Of a stretch of DNA of 64,000 nt, positions 56,282-64,000 are shown piece after piece (the first letter of the stretch is position 1; each line of letters starts with the position of its first letter). The notes under the pieces were generated by a model, which was not told where the DNA came from, made no database searches, and was given only the letters and a program-made list of their open reading frames with translations. The position numbers and the translations under genes were made by a program. This DNA comes from the human T2T-CHM13v2.0 reference genome, Homo sapiens: the NCBI RefSeq assembly GCF_009914755.1, contig NC_060925.1, one strand, 5' to 3'.

Positions 56282-56838
56282 AAAGTTAATACAAATATAC
56301 TTAATAATGAAAAAGTTGAGAGCTATTGCCAGAAATTTTCCTGCCTGTACTGGAAATCTGTGATTTTCTTAACTCAAACACTTCTTTGAAAATCTAATGC
56401 CATTACTTAAAAATAGACTAATATGTAGAATTATCTAAATTGCCTGATTATCTGTATTTTGTAGACAGGTTGTGTGATTTGAGGAGCCAGTTTCTTCTGA
56501 GACATTTTGGGAAGCTGCCCCTCCCAGTTTTACCTGTAACCTTGCTATGTAAACTCATGCTGATGCTGCTAGGGGTGGATTGGTTTCCTTAGGGAAGCCT
56601 TAGACAGTGTGAATAATTGGGGTTTTATTTACTGCTGAGGAATAAACACATGCTGGCATTTTTATTACTATTCTGGGACTTGTATGCATCATTTTCCATG
56701 ATTGCTGTTGCCCAGCCGAGTTGCTACTTGGGTAATCTGGCAGAAAGAGAAAATGTTATCTCATTGCAAATTCTCTTTTTAATTATCAGGGTTTTGGAAT
56801 TCCAATCCAAGAGATTAAAGCTGTGTAAATAAAAAAAA

Positions 56839-56856
56839 CACACACACACACACACA
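56839..56856 (+). repeat. (CA)9 microsatellite after an A-run
   Basis: Direct reading. Confidence 0.9.
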
Positions 56857-57819
56857 AATAAAACCTCCAAAATTCAGTTTCTAATTTTTTGAGTCCTCAA
56901 AATCCATGTCAATTCAAGGTCCTTTTTTTATAGCATGGCAATGATAATCTTTTATAATATGAGAAAATCTATAGGCTTTAATTTTTTTGTTCTAAGATTA
57001 GGATAAAAAATGTTAATGTCTTTGCATTCTCGTTATTGAAATCAGAAATTTGGGGACATAAATGCTCAGTAGCACTTTTACCCATGGGTGTTCAAGTTTT
57101 TCATATCTTGCTAATTATTAGGTAAAATGCATACATTTGTTGAGAATACCATGTACTACATCTCCTTAAAAATATAACACTTCATTAACCCCTTTGAGTT
57201 TTCACACAGTTTTTGCCATATGGGGTAGAAGAAAATTGAAATGGAAATGATCTAATTATGAAAGCTAAATTTTTACTTATAATAGTTCTAAGTCTAAAGT
57301 CAGACATACTTTATACAATTGAAAATACAGAAGTATCACAAGTAAACAATAAGTTATTCAATAGTAATAATTTTCTCACTTTTGTTCTATAGACAGTTCT
57401 TCTTTCCCTTTATTAAAAGCTCCACAGAAACTTCCTAGGATCTTGCTGACTTCTAATGCTTACTTAAAAATTCCTCTGGTATGTATCAGAGGTAATCAAG
57501 TAACCAAGTATTTTTGGATAAATGGAAATATTAAAAATTAGAAAGAAAATCTATCATGCAGATATCACATTTAGAATTTAAAAAGTTGTATTCCATTCCT
57601 GGATTTTATGTATCAATTTTGTGAGCCTGGTCATTTCAAAATTTCTTAGCGCTTCAGCTTCCTCATATTCAAAGTGAACGGGTTGGACTAAATAGTACTT
57701 AGGCTTCTCTTCAGAGTTATCTCTGTTCGACTTGTTTTCTGCAGTGAATAGTTGTGAACTAGCAGAAGGTTAGGCTGTTTTAAGTTGGGTCATAATTTTC
57801 CTGTTTTATTTGAAAGAGA

Positions 57820-58070
57820 TGGTTAAGAATATGCCACTCAGGCTAAGAATATGCCACTCAGACCAGACCATCTAGATTTGAATCCTGGCTCTGCTGCTTA
57901 CTACCTATTTAATTTTGGGGCAAATTAACTTAATCTCACAATTCTTTTTCTTTATCTGCAAAACCATGATAATGTACCTACCTCATAGGATTGTTAGGAT
58001 ATTACATTAATCAATATATGCAAAAGCTTAGAACAGTGCCTGGTATATAGTTGTGTTCCTTAAGTATTAT
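57820..58070 (+). mobile_element. MIR with 20-bp tandem duplication at its 5' end
   Basis: ggttaagaatatgccactca/ggctaagaatatgccactca; MIR core and tail follow. Confidence 0.8.
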
Positions 58071-59129
58071 TTGTTGTTATTAAATATATAAAAATAAGAT
58101 TTCAATTCAGGACTCAGGAACCACACTGTGTGTTTCAGAGAGAAAGGGGTTTAATATAGATGATTTAGGTGCTCATGAAATGGGAAAGGGTCGGAGGAGT
58201 TAGGGTTGAGACTGGGACACTGGTTCAGGGTACACCGTCATAGCTGCAACCCAGCAACCAAATTTTATATCACATTGGTGGATTTAATTTCATCCAGAAC
58301 TCTCACTACAGAAGTGTCTGGGGAATGTGGCATTTACTTTTCAGGAAGAAATGAATGCTGAGTGCCAATTACCTATATCTAGTTCTAGCTGCCTAACAAC
58401 CTCAACTTCTTCCCAGAGGGCCCCAATTCAGTGTTTCTGAGAAGTCTCTCTGATATGTTATTTTTTTAATCCTGACAACAACCCTATGAGCTACATATCC
58501 GCAAATTAGAGAAGAAAACAGGCTTAGAGTGAGCAGTCAAGTGACTTGGCCAAGTTGAAATTGTTGAACCAATTCTGAGTGTAGGTGGTCTGATTCCCAG
58601 AGGCTTGTCTATGCTGTATGTTTCATGCTTCGGACTTGCGCCCTTTGTGCTCTCCAATGACTTAAAGGAATGTGCCCCTTTCAGTCCAGCTTTACTCATT
58701 GCAATAGATGAAATTAAAGCTAGAGATATTTTTAAGAAACATATTGATGAGGATTTAATCTGACAAATTGTCTACAAACCATATTGTTGAATAACAAGGT
58801 GGTCCTATGGGTGGGAGTAGAGGGGAGACAGCATGAAAGAATGACATCAGTAGGACTCATATCTAGTGCCAATGGTCAATTAAATTCTTGTGATCTTGTC
58901 CAAAATGGGCAGAGGCTGATTATTGAAGATACGGTGGCTAACAAACAGAAAAATTATCACTCAATATTAGGTATTAAAGTATTTTATAAAAAATATGCAA
59001 CAGATGCTTCTTGAATTTTCCAATGTTTTAACTTTTCTGCTTTCTAGGATTCCAGAAAATGCTATAATTTGGTAATATTTGACTCATAAAATGAACATGA
59101 GCTCTTAGAAACATTTTCAGATGTTTATT

Positions 59130-60740
59130 ACTTTGTTTATTTGTTGAGAACATACTAGGTGGCGAGTACTGTTCTATGAGCTGCTAATAAAATGGTAAAA
59201 AATGCAAGGTCCTACTAATAATAGTTTCATGGGGAGAACAAGCAGTAAATAAAAAATAAAATGAACAAAAAGCATACTTTAAGGGTTTGAAAAATACCAA
59301 GAGGAAAATAAGATGGGATAGAAAGTAAGGGTTTATTTATTTAGAGTCTTGCTGTATCACTCAGGCTGGAGTGCACTGGGCTCACTGCAGCCTCCTTTTC
59401 TTGGGTTTAAATGATCCTCATGCTTCAGCCACCCAAATATCTGTGATTACAGGCATGCACCACCATGTCTAGCTAATTTTTGTATTTTCAGTAGAGACAG
59501 GTCTTTGCCATATTGGCCAGGCTGGTCTTGAACTCTTGACCTCAAAGAGATCTGCCTGCCTTGGCCTCCCAAAGTGCTGGCATAATAGGTGTGAGCCACT
59601 GTGCTCAGCCAGTAAGGGGTTATTTTAGCTAGGCTGATAAAGGAGGCTTCTCCGGCAAGTGACATTTGAGCTGAGATCAGCATGAAAGAGAGTCAGTCAG
59701 TCAGTTATGTGGACACCTGGAAAGGAATGATACAATCAGAAGAAATGACAAATGCAGAGGCGAAAAGTGGGGATGACCTTTATGTGTTCGAAGGCAAAAA
59801 AGTCCACTGTGAACAGAGAGTAGTGGACAAAGTGAGAAGTGGTGGATGTTGATGTTAGTTAGATTCAGATCTAGTTTTGATTTTATTTTTTTGCATGGGA
59901 AGTGATTAGCTTGTTATTAGTAGAGGTATAACCCAATTTTTGTGTTATAAGGATCATTTGGCTACTGCATGGAGAATGAACCCTCAGAAGAGAGTGGAAA
60001 CAGAAAACCCACCAGGATGCTGTTAGCTTGAATGAGAGTTGATGATGTCTTGAATTAAAATTATAGCAGTGAAAATGGTGAGAAGTGGTCAGATTCTAGG
60101 TGTATTTATTGGTGGAACTGACGCAATGTCCTGGTAGATGGATTTGGGCTGTGAGAAACATAGAAGAATCAAGGATGATACAAAGGTTTTAGTCTGATCA
60201 GCAGGGTGGATGATGATATCATTTCTGAGATTGAGAAGACCAGGGAAAAAGTGACTTTAGAAAGTCAAGAATTCTTTTTTTGATACATTAAATTTGAGGT
60301 AGATATTAGATTTTCAAACAGAGATGTAGAGTGGTTGGATATACAAGTCTAGGGTTTAGTGGGGAGATTGGGATTAAATATTTGAATCTGGGGATCATCA
60401 AACATATGGATGCTATTGGAAGCTGTAAATGGGATGAGATTGTCTAGGGAGACTAGAAAGAGAAGAGGGCCAAAAAGAGAATCATGGATAATTGAACAAA
60501 TCTGAGAGTGAGAGAGGTCAACAAAGTAGACTGAAAGATAGAAAGCAATGTGCTAGGGGAAAAATCTGGAAAATTAAAGTGACACAGATGGTTAGAGAAT
60601 ACAGAGATGACAGAATTAGCCAAATGTGTCAAATGCTGCAGGATATCTAATAGGAGGAAAGATAATTGACCATTGGGTTGGCAAAAGGAGGGCCATTAGT
60701 TAACTTAAAAAAAATGGTTTTCAAACAGTGGTGAGGGAGT
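59130..60740 (-). mobile_element. L2a-like long fragment interrupted by AluJ
   Basis: 'gtgacatttgagctgaga', 'ggatcatttggctactg', 'gaagtggtcagattctagg', 'gaatcaaggatga'. Confidence 0.85.
59332..59610 (-). mobile_element. AluJ (Jb-like)
   Basis: Diverged Alu dimer; TSD agtaaggg. Confidence 0.88.
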
Positions 60741-60759
60741 TTTATTGAAAGTAGAAAAT

Positions 60760-62106
<1,347 letters not shown>

Positions 62107-62519
62107 GGAAAGTGAAAAATTGTTAGTTCCTTCTGTGACGTGCCCCCAACATGCCTAGAAAAATACAAGTAGGGGTTCCTTAATGGGGTTATACAATTGG
62201 TGCTTTTTTTTTTTTCCCCCTGTCTCCAAGGCTCTGTGGTATGCTTTGAAGCTAGTTTTAAGTAGCCTTCCCTCATATTAAATTGGAGGTTCAGGATTAG
62301 GATTTCTCCCACCAAATTGTATTCTTATTCAGAATAATAGTAAAATAGCCTCATACTACTACCTTATGGTATGTTTCAGCTGATTCAGTTGATAGAAAAC
62401 CATGTAATTTTTCAGCTTGATTTAACATTGTATCTAGGGCAAGCTCCAGGAGAAATTAGGTAGTGAATGCCCTGTTTTGTAGCTGGTTTATGGAAAATTT
62501 GAATAATTTACAAAAACGT

Positions 62520-62760
62520 ACTTTTCTGAGATATCAAGCAGTTCGTTGAATTATGTTGGCATTCCTAAACACTAACGCACATAATGAGAGAATATACTCC
62601 ATTATACATGACATCTGGACTGGGAACAAAAACAGAATGTCAGCAGATATAGTAAAGGTTATAATAATGGTTACAGCCAATCTGGCTGACAATACTGTGT
62701 GTTCTTTTGACTGCTCGTGGGTGAACAAGACAATCTTTTAAAAGCAAATAAACACATTAA
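62520..62760 (+). mobile_element. hAT transposase C-terminal dimerization-domain remnant
   Basis: ORF 62553..62741 MLAFLNTNAHNERIYSIIHDIWTGNKNRMSADIVKVIIMVTANL fits hATC consensus (P.xNA.xER.FS....W...RNR(L/M)S...V..L+.+..N). Confidence 0.7.
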
Positions 62761-62863
62761 CACAAGATAGGCAATGTTTTGAGACAGTGCCAAGTTGCAA
62801 ATATCGTGTATGGACTCCTCTCAGGGGTTTTGAATTTGGGGAAGTACGTTTTGGGACATGTCA

Positions 62864-63310
62864 TTAAATTTGCTGAAATGTGGCGCTTTCTTTCCTCTTC
62901 CCTATAGAGAGAAGCTGGAAGTGTTTAAGGGTTAGTAGCTCATGCCAAGATGTGGATGTTGATGTCCTAGTTGTTTCCTGACTCCCCCTCTGCGAGCATA
63001 TGTTCGGCTTGGCTCCTCCGCATTGTCTGGAGGAGGCTTTCAGAGTGGTTCTGGGCAGAGCTAGACACTTGCTGAAGAGCATCTGATCCCACTTCATTTC
63101 CCTATAGCCTGGCTTACTGTGCCAATCACCAGTGGGAAGTTGGCAACTTGAATTCTGGGCTTTCTCCATGAAGTGAGGCACCACAGCATTTGCATGTATG
63201 ACATTGTGTTTGTGGGTTATTAAAGAAGACATTTTGACTTGTTTTTGCTAATACTTGGGCAATGGAAAGATGCTCTACATATTCCATAGTCAAAAGGATC
63301 ATCAGGACGA
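62864..63310 (-). pseudogene. Candidate large exon (3' boundary uncertain)
   Basis: attctatgtcacag| acceptor at 63310; locally higher GC/CpG; overlapping 122-aa and 78-aa ORFs suggest frameshifted coding sequence. Confidence 0.35.
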
Positions 63311-64000
63311 CTGTGACATAGAATACACATGAAAATACATGAAGTAAAGCCCATGAAAACAATCAACTCTAAGGTGCACTCTAAAGAACTAGTTGTTGTG
63401 ATAAATATTAGTGTTTCTCAATGGGTAAAAGTATTTACTATAGAGCAGTGTTTGAAAACTCAAGTGTTTCAAGTCCAGGGAGGCAGCTTGAACATTTGGG
63501 TCAGGATGTAACTGTTAGGAGTGGCGGGTCTTAGAGAAAACTGGTGATTGCACACCCAGCCATATTCAATTAGAGAACAACACAATAAAAGCCATAAAAA
63601 AGACCTTTGCAGGATAAGAGCCTGCTAATTGCCAGCTAGTGACATAATAGCAGAGAGTAAATAGAATTTTCCAGATGAAACAAAGCTTTGAGATTATTAA
63701 TCTTTCATTTCACCAATAAATGAGGTGACATCTCTCGATTAAAGTCCCATAGGTACTTAGGGATAGGACTAGAATACAAATGCCTGGTGTTTTCTGTGTC
63801 AAGCTGTGTAAGGCGAAGACTGAGACCTAAACAGTACAATTATTTAACTCTGATAAAATAGTATGGTGCTACTGTATATATTTTTCTTTTTCTCAGAGGA
63901 TAATGATCAATCTTTGCAAAACCCACTTCTAAGCCCTGATCATAAAACTCTGTTTTTAAAGACAACATTGTCTTCCGATTCTTCTGTATCTTATTTTTTA

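Noticed and set aside
56650-56737. Additional minus-strand acceptor-only or donor-only candidates (also ~45910-46017, ~51954-51995, ~43816-43857)
   Set aside because: Only one convincing splice site or too short to judge; worth revisiting only if an orthologue is found.

Overview
This is AT-rich, CpG-poor primate (most likely human) nuclear DNA; the assignment rests on AluY/S/J, THE1, L1PA and MER elements. There is no intact protein-coding gene, RNA gene, CpG island or prokaryotic feature. A large part of the window is interspersed repeats: a ~4.2 kb L1PA, many older L1M/L2/MIR fragments, six Alus, solo LTRs (THE1, MLT1, MLT2, MER21, MER57, MER93-like) and DNA-transposon MITEs (MER1B, MER44A, MER58A, MER91A, Tigger3a), several nested with visible TSDs. 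The most interesting signal lies in the non-repeat gaps. About 15 segments on the minus strand are bounded by AG acceptors and GT donors and give stop-poor but disrupted translations. They look like a decayed multi-exon gene (candidate unitary pseudogene), tentatively with RGS-domain-like (RGS22/RGSL1-like) character; this is a hand-derived hypothesis that needs homology searches. Other notable items are two nested twin-primed (5'-inverted) L1s, a ~52-bp-arm L1-derived hairpin, a 38-bp inverted templated copy, a hAT transposase C-terminal remnant and an L2 endonuclease remnant. Repeat subfamily names come from recalled consensus sequences, not from a database run.
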